From positions 64,001 to 110,140 of IMG/VR virus record IMGVR_UViG_3300033073_000554: a stretch of 46,140 nucleotides of DNA. One strand, written 5' to 3'. The translations under genes and the position numbers were made by a program. Origin of the DNA: a virus (Duplodnaviria > Heunggongvirae > Uroviricota > Caudoviricetes). Of the stretch, positions 8,424-18,600 are shown in pieces. Position 1 is the first letter of the stretch. The number at the start of each line of letters is the position of its first letter. Under the pieces are notes generated by a model. The model was given only the letters and a program-made list of their open reading frames with translations, had not been told where the DNA came from and searched no databases.

Positions 8424-10253
8424 TTAATCAGCGTCTTCTAATAGTGATGATTCGTTGAGCATATCTATGTCATCGATAGATTGTTTTTTAGATGATTTAT
8501 CGATACTTCTGCGTTTAGCGTCAGATATCGAATCAATGTATAATTCTAACCCACTCTTCAGAGTCAAAGATTCGTTTGGCTGTTGATTAGCCAATGCCTT
8601 CATACCATTTGGATCTCTACCAAATGCTGGATCTTTATCTCTACCAAATGATCCCTCTTTTGGTGGTCTACCTTCATTTTCAGTTCTTTCATCTTCATCA
8701 TCTTGGGTAAACAATCTTTTTACTGCCGCACCTGTAGCTGCTGATGTCATTTGCATCGCTGCAATATCATGAGGTGTACCAACTGATTTTCCACTAAGTT
8801 TTGGATCATTTCCTTCTTCTTCAATCTGTTTGTACCTAAATCCTAGCTTTAAATCTTCTAATACTTGATCGGATTCTCCGTTCCATTCGTCTGGAGATAG
8901 ATCAAATACGCGCTCGTAAATATATTGTCTTGAAAATAATTTACTTTCAAGCATATTTGTAGCCAAATTCATTTTTTCGTTTAAAACGTCGATTTCTTGG
9001 CGTTTTCGGATTGTTGAAGAATTGGATAAAACCAACTCGAAGTCCATCATCTGTTCTTTTGGTATACCCTGAGCTAATAGATGAATTATACCCATTTTGT
9101 ATAATTCGGCAGTAATAACCTTTTGAACGCGTTCAATTGTCGATGCGAATCGAATATCTAACCCGGCGGTATTCGCTTTACCATCGATAGATTCATCATA
9201 TCCTAACCACGCTTTAGGAATTTTAAGAGCAGCTAATAATTTAGATTTTGAATATTCTACGTCTTGAGTGTAATTCTCAGATCCCAATCCCGATAATGTA
9301 TCAATAGTAGTTCCAGAATCGGACCCCCTAACTGGAAGATAGTAGTCTTCCAACATATTTTGTAAATTGAACTTTAAATTATAATCACCAGTCGCTTGAT
9401 CGATATATGGTATCTTCTTCATCGCACTAATGAAACTTTGCATATAACCGTCTACTTCATTTGGTGCGATATTTCCGATATCAACTTTGAATATACGTCG
9501 TTCTGGTGCCCTCATTATACGCTGTAAGAGCATTGCGTCTTCAAATAATGATAATTTCTTGAATTCTTTTCTGGCTGGTTCTATACTTGCTCTCCCGTAA
9601 GGTTGGAACTTAGAATCCGATAATAACCTAAAATGCGCCATTTCATACTGCTCGATCGTATCAGATGGTAGTGCGGTTTGATCCATTCCACCGTATTTAA
9701 ATCTGAACTCACCTGTTCTCTCAGGATCATAATTTTCTTCTCTTGTTATTAAAGATGGGTGTATCGGTATCACGTTTACTATACCATATTGCTCTTTAAT
9801 TTGTAAATACAAGAAATAATCACCAAATTTGCATAATTCTCTAGTCCATGCCCATAAATTGAAATCAATATTCAAAACATCATAAAATAAATTATACAAT
9901 ATTTTCTTGATTTTAACATTTTGAGTATGGATTGTTAATAATTGACCATTGGCGTCTTTAACGGTTGCTGAATCTGCGTATATATCAAGCGCGGAAGCTA
10001 TTATAGCGTCTGAATCCATCAGCTCATAGTCTGTATACATGCGAAGTCGATTCGCTTCTACATCATACGCTGTAGTATTTTGTGAATACCCGCTACTAAA
10101 GCCGGATCCATACCATTTATGATAATTACCCTTTGCAGTTTTCGCTCCAGTCGATTGTGCCTTTGATACGTCGAATACCTTCAAAACTCCACCAGAGTGT
10201 GTTACGATAATGTTTCGAGTAAATAATTTCCGTAATGTGTCTATTAGTGCCAT
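8424..10253 (-). CDS. gp20: Portal protein (T4 gp20-like)
   Basis: LFEDAMLLQRIMRAPERRIFKVDIGN, EDYYLPVRG, LLAALKIPK, DIRFASTIERVQ. ATG at 10253 (in-frame GTG at 10256). Confidence 0.95.
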   Translation of the reverse strand: MALIDTLRKLFTRNIIVTHSGGVLKVFDVSKAQSTGAKTAKGNYHKWYGSGFSSGYSQNTTAYDVEANRLRMYTDYELMDSDAIIASALDIYADSATVKDANGQLLTIHTQNVKIKKILYNLFYDVLNIDFNLWAWTRELCKFGDYFLYLQIKEQYGIVNVIPIHPSLITREENYDPERTGEFRFKYGGMDQTALPSDTIEQYEMAHFRLLSDSKFQPYGRASIEPARKEFKKLSLFEDAMLLQRIMRAPERRIFKVDIGNIAPNEVDGYMQSFISAMKKIPYIDQATGDYNLKFNLQNMLEDYYLPVRGSDSGTTIDTLSGLGSENYTQDVEYSKSKLLAALKIPKAWLGYDESIDGKANTAGLDIRFASTIERVQKVITAELYKMGIIHLLAQGIPKEQMMDFELVLSNSSTIRKRQEIDVLNEKMNLATNMLESKLFSRQYIYERVFDLSPDEWNGESDQVLEDLKLGFRYKQIEEEGNDPKLSGKSVGTPHDIAAMQMTSAATGAAVKRLFTQDDEDERTENEGRPPKEGSFGRDKDPAFGRDPNGMKALANQQPNESLTLKSGLELYIDSISDAKRRSIDKSSKKQSIDDIDMLNESSLLEDAD

Positions 10254-10257
10254 CACC

Positions 10258-10267
10258 TATATATAGT
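10258..10267 (-). promoter_or_regulatory. ACTATATATA promoter-like motif before portal
   Basis: Recurrent motif. Confidence 0.55.
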
Positions 10268-10284
10268 TATAAGTTTTATAGAAA

Positions 10285-10400
10285 AAAAATTTTCTATTTT
10301 ACTTTAAGCGTTTCATTGAAATATGCTTTATTACTAAAGTCTGGCAATTCCTCTACGCTCATATAGCAATGGAAACTCCCATTGCTTTGATATTTTTAGC
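10285..10400 (-). ncRNA. Putative omegaRNA of the second TnpB
   Basis: About 100-nt gap before portal; AGCGT (10359-10355) can pair with ACGCT (10311-10307). Boundaries are approximate. Confidence 0.45.
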
Positions 10401-11426
10401 TGCATTCAAATCGCGATCTATCACTAATCCGCAATTTTCACACGCATATTCTCGTTCACTCAACTTCAGTTTGTCCTTAATATTTCCACATCCTGAACAA
10501 GTTTTTGAACTTGGCGCAAATCTTGAAATTTTGATCAATTCTTTTCCATACCATTTACATTTATAATCCAACATCGAAAATATCTTACCAAATGAAGCAT
10601 CTGATATGGATTTTGATAATTTTTTATTCTTTATCATATCACTAATATTCAGATCTTCAATTGCTATCACATCATAATCTTTTACGATTTTAGTTGTAAA
10701 ATTATGTAAATAATGTTCTCTTTGATTTTTGATTTTTTTATAAAGTTTTGCAACCTTCAATTTACACTTTTTAAATCTACTACTACCAACTTTCTTTTTA
10801 CTCAGTCTCCGTTGAGCCTGCTTTAGTTTCACTTGGCTATTGCGAAACCATTTCGGATTATTTATAATGATCCCATTGGACAGTGTAGCTAATTCTTTAA
10901 TTCCTACATCAATTCCAATTGATTCACCCGTTTTATCAAATGCTTTAATATTCATTTCAACCAACACTGATGCATAATATTTACCATCAGTTTCCCTAGA
11001 AATGGTTACTGACATTAACTTACTACATTCAGGTATTGGTCTATCTTGAATATACTTTACCTTACCAATTTTTTCAAGTCTAACATATCGGTCGCCAACA
11101 TTGAATTTCCTATTTGGTAACCTAAACGACTGCTTATCAGTGCGCCTTTTAAAACGTGGGTCGCCAATTGATTTCTTTCTAGTTTTTGAAAATCTCTGAT
11201 TTTTATATTGTTTGAAATCTAATTCTTTTTGTTGTAACGCACCAGCGGAAACTTCCCCCATCCATGCATTTTCATTTCTGTATTGTGTACTAGATTTAAA
11301 TTCTTCACGTTTATTAAATGCTTCAACTTGTTTATTCCAGAAATACCTAACACATCCAAATGTGTTGTTTAACAAAATTTGTTGTGTTTTATTTGGTGTT
11401 AATATATATTTATATCCTCTAAACAT
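10359..11426 (-). CDS. tnpB: TnpB (IS605 OrfB-type) RNA-guided endonuclease
   Basis: N-terminal HTH (GYKYILTPNKTQQ..FGCVRYFWN), IGIDVG, IAIEDL, CSGC/CENC, DRDLNAAKNI; catalytic residues intact; no tnpA. Confidence 0.95.
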   Translation of the reverse strand: MFRGYKYILTPNKTQQILLNNTFGCVRYFWNKQVEAFNKREEFKSSTQYRNENAWMGEVSAGALQQKELDFKQYKNQRFSKTRKKSIGDPRFKRRTDKQSFRLPNRKFNVGDRYVRLEKIGKVKYIQDRPIPECSKLMSVTISRETDGKYYASVLVEMNIKAFDKTGESIGIDVGIKELATLSNGIIINNPKWFRNSQVKLKQAQRRLSKKKVGSSRFKKCKLKVAKLYKKIKNQREHYLHNFTTKIVKDYDVIAIEDLNISDMIKNKKLSKSISDASFGKIFSMLDYKCKWYGKELIKISRFAPSSKTCSGCGNIKDKLKLSEREYACENCGLVIDRDLNAAKNIKAMGVSIAI

Positions 11427-11464
11427 TCATTTGTTTTAATCTATATTTCAACCCTTCTACTTCT

Positions 11465-11474
11465 TATATATAGT
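11465..11474 (-). promoter_or_regulatory. ACTATATATA promoter-like motif before tnpB2
   Basis: Starts one base after the terL stop codon. Confidence 0.55.
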
Positions 11475-11475
11475 A

Positions 11476-13098
11476 TTATTTTCTTCGGTCAGTTAACCAT
11501 CTCATATCTTCGGTATCTTTACCAGTGTTCATCGTCCACATATTATTACTTGATCTCCCCTGATTTGTGTACACTCCACGGTGAATATTGTCAACTGTTC
11601 TCTTAGTTAATTCTATACCCACACTTCGCAATCTAAGTGCTGTATCTCTAACGAATAACAACATTCCCAGCGACATTACTAGGTCATCATGACCGCCCTT
11701 ATTAGCTTGAGCTTTACCGTTTATCCACATAAATGTTTTCAATTCATTTATGGTTCTCAAACATTTCATATCCAATGGAGTGTTTGGATCGGTGAAATAC
11801 ATTTCCAATTTAGATATGAGATTTAATCTAACTTTTGTTGATGATGTGAACCCCGGGGTCATGTCCTTCTTATCATGCAAATCATAATTCTTTCGCAATT
11901 GTATGTTAGGATCAAAGAATGGGTCGTTCTTAAACGAGTAATATAAATTTGGATATGCGGCGTTTATACATTCCTGTATTACGTCCCATCCAACTGAATG
12001 GTTTTCTACAACTAGTAATGCCTTATTCCATTCGGTAGCCGCAGACATTAGTAAGTATGCAAAATCTCTAGTATCTATTTTAGATTTAAATGATGCACAA
12101 TGCTCCATAGTATCTACGTCATATATGTGGAACGCGCTAAAATCTGATCCGTCGCCCCTTGATACGTCTGCCACTAAAACATAATTTCTAGTATAATTCG
12201 GTCGCACCCAAATCCAGAAATCCCCAGCATATCTCTTTTCAATCGGGTCCTTAATACGAGTATCTATGTACTGTTGAAGTATTTCACCCTCGATTACAGT
12301 GTGTCCAGATACTAGGAAGTCAACTGAGTGTTCCTGTGCAAACTTCCTCGCGCCTAGTTTTGCTTTTTCACCGTCTGCCCATTTCTGATCTCTTCCCGGG
12401 TGTACAGACCATGGTAGCATGATTGGGTTAAATGGATCGGTTCCCGGGTCAGATCTTCCCTCAATTGCATCTGTCCAAATTTCATAAAATTTTCCTTGCG
12501 CACCATTAGCAGTTGATAACAAACATATATCACCACCTTCAGCAGTCGTAGCCTGAGCAGCAGTATATATTTCATCAGCTTCTGTAATGAATGCCATCTC
12601 ATCGATTATCAGTAGTGAAACAGCCTTCGATCTAACTGATTTTGGAGAACTGGATACTGCCGTCACACTCGATCCATTTGAAAATTGTAATACTAATTTA
12701 TTATTTAAATCTTGTTTGGCAGTAGATTTAATCCAAGTTGGTAATTCATTATACATCAATTGGATTTTTGATAATAATTCCTTAGCAGTATCTTGAGTTG
12801 TCGCAATGATCAATATCTTAAAGTCATTGGTAAAAATCATCTTCCACAATGCATATGCCGCCAAAACCGTCGACATACCTAATTGCCTACCCTTCCCAAT
12901 TATATTATATCGGTGTGATCTAATTTCTTTTATCGCACGTTGCTGGAATTCATACAGGTGGAATGGCATCTTACCCTTGGTAGGGTGTTGGATGACACAA
13001 TATTTTCGAATAAAGTGAACGGGGTCCGCTGCACTATTTTTATATTCACTTTTTATTATTTCCTGAAGTGTTGGCTTCGGTTGTTGTTTATCTGCCAA
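11476..13098 (-). CDS. terL: Terminase large subunit (T4 gp17-like)
   Basis: KGRQLGMST (Walker A region), LLIIDEMAF (Walker B), ADVSRGDGSDFS and HDDLVMS nuclease motifs. TTG start with AGGAGG 5 nt upstream. Confidence 0.95.
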   Translation of the reverse strand: MADKQQPKPTLQEIIKSEYKNSAADPVHFIRKYCVIQHPTKGKMPFHLYEFQQRAIKEIRSHRYNIIGKGRQLGMSTVLAAYALWKMIFTNDFKILIIATTQDTAKELLSKIQLMYNELPTWIKSTAKQDLNNKLVLQFSNGSSVTAVSSSPKSVRSKAVSLLIIDEMAFITEADEIYTAAQATTAEGGDICLLSTANGAQGKFYEIWTDAIEGRSDPGTDPFNPIMLPWSVHPGRDQKWADGEKAKLGARKFAQEHSVDFLVSGHTVIEGEILQQYIDTRIKDPIEKRYAGDFWIWVRPNYTRNYVLVADVSRGDGSDFSAFHIYDVDTMEHCASFKSKIDTRDFAYLLMSAATEWNKALLVVENHSVGWDVIQECINAAYPNLYYSFKNDPFFDPNIQLRKNYDLHDKKDMTPGFTSSTKVRLNLISKLEMYFTDPNTPLDMKCLRTINELKTFMWINGKAQANKGGHDDLVMSLGMLLFVRDTALRLRSVGIELTKRTVDNIHRGVYTNQGRSSNNMWTMNTGKDTEDMRWLTDRRK

Positions 13099-13103
13099 AT
13101 TAG

Positions 13104-13109
13104 CCTCCT
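13104..13109 (-). promoter_or_regulatory. Shine-Dalgarno AGGAGG before the TTG start of terL
   Basis: TAGGAGGCTAAT-TTG. Confidence 0.75.
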
Positions 13110-13111
13110 AA

Positions 13112-13516
13112 TCATTCAATTTTGGAGACGACAACCGATGCTAGGTATATCGTCGCGGCACCATACACAAAATGAATCCACTTTTTATCGTACCATTTTT
13201 GCTTACTTTTATATGGTGTAATATCGGCTATCACATTTCGGTATATATCCAATTGCTTATCTTTCAATGAAATTTGTAGATTGCTCAGATTTATAACATT
13301 TTCACTTATATCAATTGCATTTTTATACTGCACATTCAGTTTAGATAATTTTGAAATACTATCTGCCTGTGATTGGATAGTGTTTGCAGCATATATCAAA
13401 TCTTCATTACTCATTAAAGTTGAATCCGATGTCACATCAACATCCTCAATTTCATGTTGACCTTTTAATGTTATAGTAATGAATATGAAAAATATTATAT
13501 AATAAATTCGACTCAT
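13112..13516 (-). CDS. Membrane protein with N-terminal signal/TM, coiled coil and C-terminal TM (possibly spanin-like)
   Basis: Hydrophobic at both ends; no lipobox Cys. Confidence 0.55.
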   Translation of the reverse strand: MSRIYYIIFFIFITITLKGQHEIEDVDVTSDSTLMSNEDLIYAANTIQSQADSISKLSKLNVQYKNAIDISENVINLSNLQISLKDKQLDIYRNVIADITPYKSKQKWYDKKWIHFVYGAATIYLASVVVSKIE

Positions 13517-13517
13517 A

Positions 13518-13823
13518 TTACCGTTTCCTAAGCAATTTTATAGCATCATTAAGTTTTAATGTATCACGCTTTGCAATTGTATCGCTAAGTATTGAATCGA
13601 TCGATAATTTAGTTCGTTTCAACTCATCCATTGATATGTTTTTATTCAATTCGAGTGTATCTAAAGGTATATTTAGAGTATCTACATTTTTCAATACATC
13701 TTTTAATAGTTCACTGCGCTCAAATTCACGATCTTTTACCATATCCGTGTAGTATTTATATGCCACATATATGAACAATGCTAATACCGCACATACACCT
13801 AATTCCCATTTAGTTATTTTCAT
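13518..13823 (-). CDS. N-terminally anchored coiled-coil membrane protein (possibly i-spanin-like)
   Basis: WELGVCAVLALFIYVAY TM helix followed by a charged helix; AAGGA upstream. Confidence 0.55.
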   Translation of the reverse strand: MKITKWELGVCAVLALFIYVAYKYYTDMVKDREFERSELLKDVLKNVDTLNIPLDTLELNKNISMDELKRTKLSIDSILSDTIAKRDTLKLNDAIKLLRKR

Positions 13824-13839
13824 TATATTCCTTTTTATT

Positions 13840-14487
13840 TTAAATTTTTTTTATCGCACTTATAGTGTTTTCTTTAATCTGGTTATACTCGATACCAATC
13901 TTTTCAGCCAATTCTTCAGCGGTCCCAGATTCTGGAGTCCACTTTTCAACATTACCATCCTCTTCACTGTAAGTAACACCGTTAACTATTGATCGCTTCG
14001 CATCTTCAAGTTGTCCATCTAAATCTTTGAAATAAGCTGTAGCGTTATTCAATAATATATCCTTAGCATAATCTTTAAATTTACCATTTATTTGCAATTC
14101 AGTTTCGTTAGCCAAATTACAATCAAAACACATTCCACGTAATACTCTAAATCTTTCATCTAATCGAGATGGCGATTTACATGTACATTCAGATTTTTGG
14201 CAGTTTGGAAACATTAGTTTTTCATCCGATTCCCCACGCATTTCACGATCATATATCAATTCGGATCTCGAATAATATGACGTATTCCCACGCTTAGTAA
14301 TCACCCTATCAACTGTACCATCTGGATTATACGTGTACCACGTTTCTCCGATTTCTCTAGACTTAAAATCTGATTCTTCTAAATCCTTGGTGGATACATA
14401 TCCACTTATACTTTTTCTAGTTTGGGTTCTATGTGACCCATCTACCATCTTGCGTAATGCATCGATGTTTTTTAATTTTTTACTCAC
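13840..14487 (-). CDS. Cys-cluster hypothetical protein
   Basis: 215 aa, GTG start; CQKSECTC...CFDC. Confidence 0.7.
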   Translation of the reverse strand: MSKKLKNIDALRKMVDGSHRTQTRKSISGYVSTKDLEESDFKSREIGETWYTYNPDGTVDRVITKRGNTSYYSRSELIYDREMRGESDEKLMFPNCQKSECTCKSPSRLDERFRVLRGMCFDCNLANETELQINGKFKDYAKDILLNNATAYFKDLDGQLEDAKRSIVNGVTYSEEDGNVEKWTPESGTAEELAEKIGIEYNQIKENTISAIKKI

Positions 14488-14499
14488 AACTCAATATTT

Positions 14500-14835
14500 T
14501 TAGGTAAATGAAATTTTCTTTATTGATGATAATAAATTAACCAATTGACTCTTTGGAACTCCAACTAATTCTGCAAATGAAGTAATCGCTTCCGCTTGCT
14601 CTACAGGTGAAGTAAAATTAAGATAACCCATTAGTGTAGGTGATTTTTGTAATTTATCAAAAAATAGTCTAACTTTAGCACGTCTAACTTTCGCAGCTCT
14701 AGGGTCTACAGCATCCGTTTCCGCCGGAGTTTCTCCAGTTACTACAGGTTCTGTTCCAGATGCCATTCCACGTTTGTTTGCTGATAATCCAGCTTCTAAG
14801 ATTGGTGCCAATTTTCCGTATTTTTTATCTAACAT
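14500..14835 (-). CDS. Hypothetical protein, leader ending PILE
   Basis: 111 aa; promoter-like motif at 14856-14865. Confidence 0.7.
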   Translation of the reverse strand: MLDKKYGKLAPILEAGLSANKRGMASGTEPVVTGETPAETDAVDPRAAKVRRAKVRLFFDKLQKSPTLMGYLNFTSPVEQAEAITSFAELVGVPKSQLVNLLSSIKKISFT

Positions 14836-14864
14836 TATTTTATCTCACTTTTGATTATATATAG

Positions 14865-15659
14865 TTAATTTTGATTAGAATCATCGGCGTCCATAAGATC
14901 TGTAACGATTTTTTGTACCTGAAATGGTAAAATATACAGAATATTGTCCAAATGTTTACATACTGCTCCGCGAAGTCTCGGGTTTCGTATCTTCGGAAAC
15001 AATGGTTCAGGTTCAATAGCATAATTTTTAACAGTTCCAATATACTTAAACCCCCAATATAACCACGATGGATCGGTGCAGTGAACTTCGATATCTCCAG
15101 CTAACGCTTGTTTGACAATATCACGCAATGGTAATACACCGCGTTTTGATTTAAGAAGTTCGGGCAGTGTAAGTAATTTAACGTGTTGATCATATTTTAC
15201 ACCCGGCTTCGTGTGTGAATCGGTTACAAAGTGTAAAATATTTCCTTCGATTCCAATGTATTTTGACCCGGGGGTTAATTTTGATTTAGCGCGTATTCGT
15301 AAAAAATCATCAACATTGTTTCGAAGATCTCTGTAATTAAGTTCAGTTAATATACTCTCCAGTTCCGAGTGAACCATTTCTGTAAAATCTTCTCCAATAT
15401 ATTCACCTTCCCACGCATCAATAATTTCTGGTAAATTATTCAAATTTTCGGATATAAATTTATTATACCCCCCCTCTATAATTACACCATCATGTATAGT
15501 ATCGATTGCTCCCTCAATTGCTCCCTCAATTGCTCCCTCATTTACAACATCATTTACAACATCATTTACAACATCATTGACACTTACTTCAGGTCGCATT
15601 CGTCTCACTTTTCGCAATGCTAGTTCTAACGATTCTTCAATTATATTATCTAGTTTCAT
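14865..15659 (-). CDS. SWIM-like Zn-binding protein with capsid-targeting-like leader
   Basis: Likely start MKLDNIIEESLE at 15659; VHCTDPSWLYWG...IRNP...VCKHL. Confidence 0.65.
   Translation of the reverse strand: MKLDNIIEESLELALRKVRRMRPEVSVNDVVNDVVNDVVNEGAIEGAIEGAIDTIHDGVIIEGGYNKFISENLNNLPEIIDAWEGEYIGEDFTEMVHSELESILTELNYRDLRNNVDDFLRIRAKSKLTPGSKYIGIEGNILHFVTDSHTKPGVKYDQHVKLLTLPELLKSKRGVLPLRDIVKQALAGDIEVHCTDPSWLYWGFKYIGTVKNYAIEPEPLFPKIRNPRLRGAVCKHLDNILYILPFQVQKIVTDLMDADDSNQN
15505..15576. repeat. Two adjacent 12-bp tandem arrays (ATTGCTCCCTCA x3, TTTACAACATCA x3)
   Basis: Direct reading; encode VNDV x3 and EGAI x3. Confidence 0.92.
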
Positions 15660-15663
15660 ATAT

Positions 15664-18600
15664 TTAGCCCACATCTATTTCATATATATTTTGTTTAATT
15701 TTGCTCGTATAATGAGTATCCCATGCTCCACCAGACCCAGACAATACAAAAATATGCGCAATGGTACATTTATTACGTGTAGATGTAAATGTCATCCTAT
15801 GTAATGAATCATAATTTGACCCACTAGATCTTGAATTACCAAATGCACCATATCCAGACATACCACCAGATATCATCTGAGGTGTATAAAAAATTGGAGA
15901 TCCACCATTTTTAGTTGAAACCGTTGCTCTTCCGAATGTGGTACCAGTCCATACATAAGTATCAACAGATCCACCAGAACCACTCGTTGCGAAAATAGTA
16001 GTTTCAATACTATACGAAACACCAGCATTATGAGTAGATCCAGTATATGCAGCCCCTTCATGTGATGTAAGCTCCATATATGTATTTATCGTAGCTGGGG
16101 TACCTTCAATTATAGATCCAGTTCCTTCAAATATATATTCGCGCGATTGTGCATGGTGTGTGCTTCCAGCCACGGATGACGTCATAAAATGAACCAATCT
16201 GGTACCATTCTTTAAATTAAAAACGGATGGGTTGGAAGGCTGTAATGCCGCCGACATTGTGGTATATGTAATGTTATCTGATGCGATTGATTGTGAGTAG
16301 TTATTATTATTGTATAAAAATCTTCCCGCACCTATATTTCCAACTGTCGGTTTATTAATTAACTCATCATAATTAATTTGAGTAGATCCTGTAACTACCC
16401 CCGGTGGCTTATTGACTAATTTATTATAATCTATATTATATAAATCATACCCAGACCCACTGAATGTTCGTGAACTAATTGATCCACTTCCAATCGTAAC
16501 CCACGTTGTATCGCTTCCACCTAATCCACCAGATGCTGTGTTTTCCAGTCCGATATGCATATATGATCTACCAGTACTATCGCTACTACCTAATATGATC
16601 ATTTTGTTACCATATCCAGTATTTTCAGTTGTCGATGTAAATATTTTATAATATTTCGTCGCCACATTTGCATCAGATAAACTTCCAGTTCTAGTCAGTG
16701 TTATACCAGATCCAGTTGTGGAATTAGCCATGGATAGTAAACTATTATCAAATTGAGTTTGACTTAATGTTATATCTATGTTACTTTTGGGGTTTCCATT
16801 ACCGATACCTATTTTTGCAGAATCAGTTCCAGAAACTGGTAAAATAGTGAATACTGGTTTAGACGAATCCGTTCCACCAAATCTTTGAAATGTTAAAAAT
16901 GCTTTATCGGATGAATCGGTTTGTCGTATTACCATATTACTTGGATATTGCATTTCCGAAAATGATGATACATCGACGCCAATTCCAAATGTTTTTATGG
17001 ATGGATCATAGAAAAACTCATTACTTCCACTCAGTGATCCAGAATATTTGAATTGTATAGATTTTTCCGATCCCCCAGCCGTAACACCAGATGATCCAGA
17101 TACAATGCCGGGTGGAATATCCAACAATTCACTATAACTTATTTGTGATGATCCAGAAAAAATTACTCCATATAATTTTGAATCAATATTTGATTTTACT
17201 CCATCCGAATTATAATATTGAAATTTTAGTAATAGCTCGGATTTCCGCTTAAATTGTGCGATAGGAATATTTAACTTAATTTGATTTGGCGTATATCCAT
17301 TATCACATCTAGGTACCAATGAAACCTGTCCAATATCCCATTTTCCACTGCGCACAATGAAAATTGGTAAAATATCAGCAGTATCATTACTGATGAATGA
17401 TATTGAATTCTTATTAACTAACCCATCGGCATAATTAACACTTCCAATGTATGTACCAAAATTGTATTTTTTTAATGGTGATATTTGACTGTTTATCTTG
17501 TTCACATCAGTTATTACACTAGACCCAGATATGTAAACATCTATAATTGGTTGAGTCCAATCTCCAGTATATTTTTCTACATTAGTATTGAATTTTAAAT
17601 TATACTCAGTTCTAGACTTTACGCCAATTGAATACAGCGTGTTTGGTTTGTATAGTATATAACTATCCTCAGAATATGAACCAGTTGGATTAATATATAC
17701 TGCATCTAAAATTTTAGTATTTCTATATGTGGTTGTATAACCAGTAACGGTACTTCCATACAATGATGAAGTCCAATATGTAGATATATCAGTATTTGAT
17801 TTAATATATCCATATTCTTTCTCTACCACACCATCTGAACTGTGGATATATACATTTGAATCCACCATCAAATTTTGCGGAACAACTTCATAGGTTCCAA
17901 CATCTATGTAGTCACCATACGATCCAACTGGTTTATATCCAACCTTTATATTATTCACATTTCCAACAGATGGTTCTATTCCAGAAAATTCAACTGCTAT
18001 AAATGATTCATGTGCAGACCCGGTTGTTATGGTTAGCCTATCTGTGTAATAGCTAGCTGTGAAATTATTTTGAGACGTAAAACTATCGAATGTTATTTCC
18101 CTATTTACTCCAGATGTCGTAGAATATTTAACTTTATAATTAAATGGTCTATTAACTTCAATCATATGTGCATTTAACACATTTACGATTGATGCGGAAT
18201 AGTCTGGAACTGTATTGAATATTGTTGTATCTACGGCGTCTTTTGGGATAAATCTAGTTAAATTTATATTCCTCACATATAAATTACCACCAACCATTGA
18301 CCCCGAAAAAATCGGATTCTCTGAATATATTTTAGTCAATTCAGTGAATTCTGGTAATGATATTTGTGGAGATGATATACCAACATTTCCAGATATGCTT
18401 GGCATATTACTCACCATATTAGGTGAAATTACAGCATCATCTATAAATTTTGATGTAGAATTTGAATACTGATATGGAGTTGTTCGCCCACGTAGATATA
18501 CTAAATCGGTGCCAGATGACAAATACGTAGTGATTCTACTAGAAGTTGCCGCATTATCATACCTCACCTTCTTTTCACTGTATTCGATTGTTGGCTCAGT

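Noticed and set aside
5384-11426. TnpBs as Cas12f or as catalytically dead TldR regulators
   Set aside because: No CRISPR array nearby, and the RuvC D/E/D residues are intact in both.
15505-15576. Tandem arrays as a CRISPR array
   Set aside because: 12-bp units with no spacers, in frame within a CDS; no cas genes.
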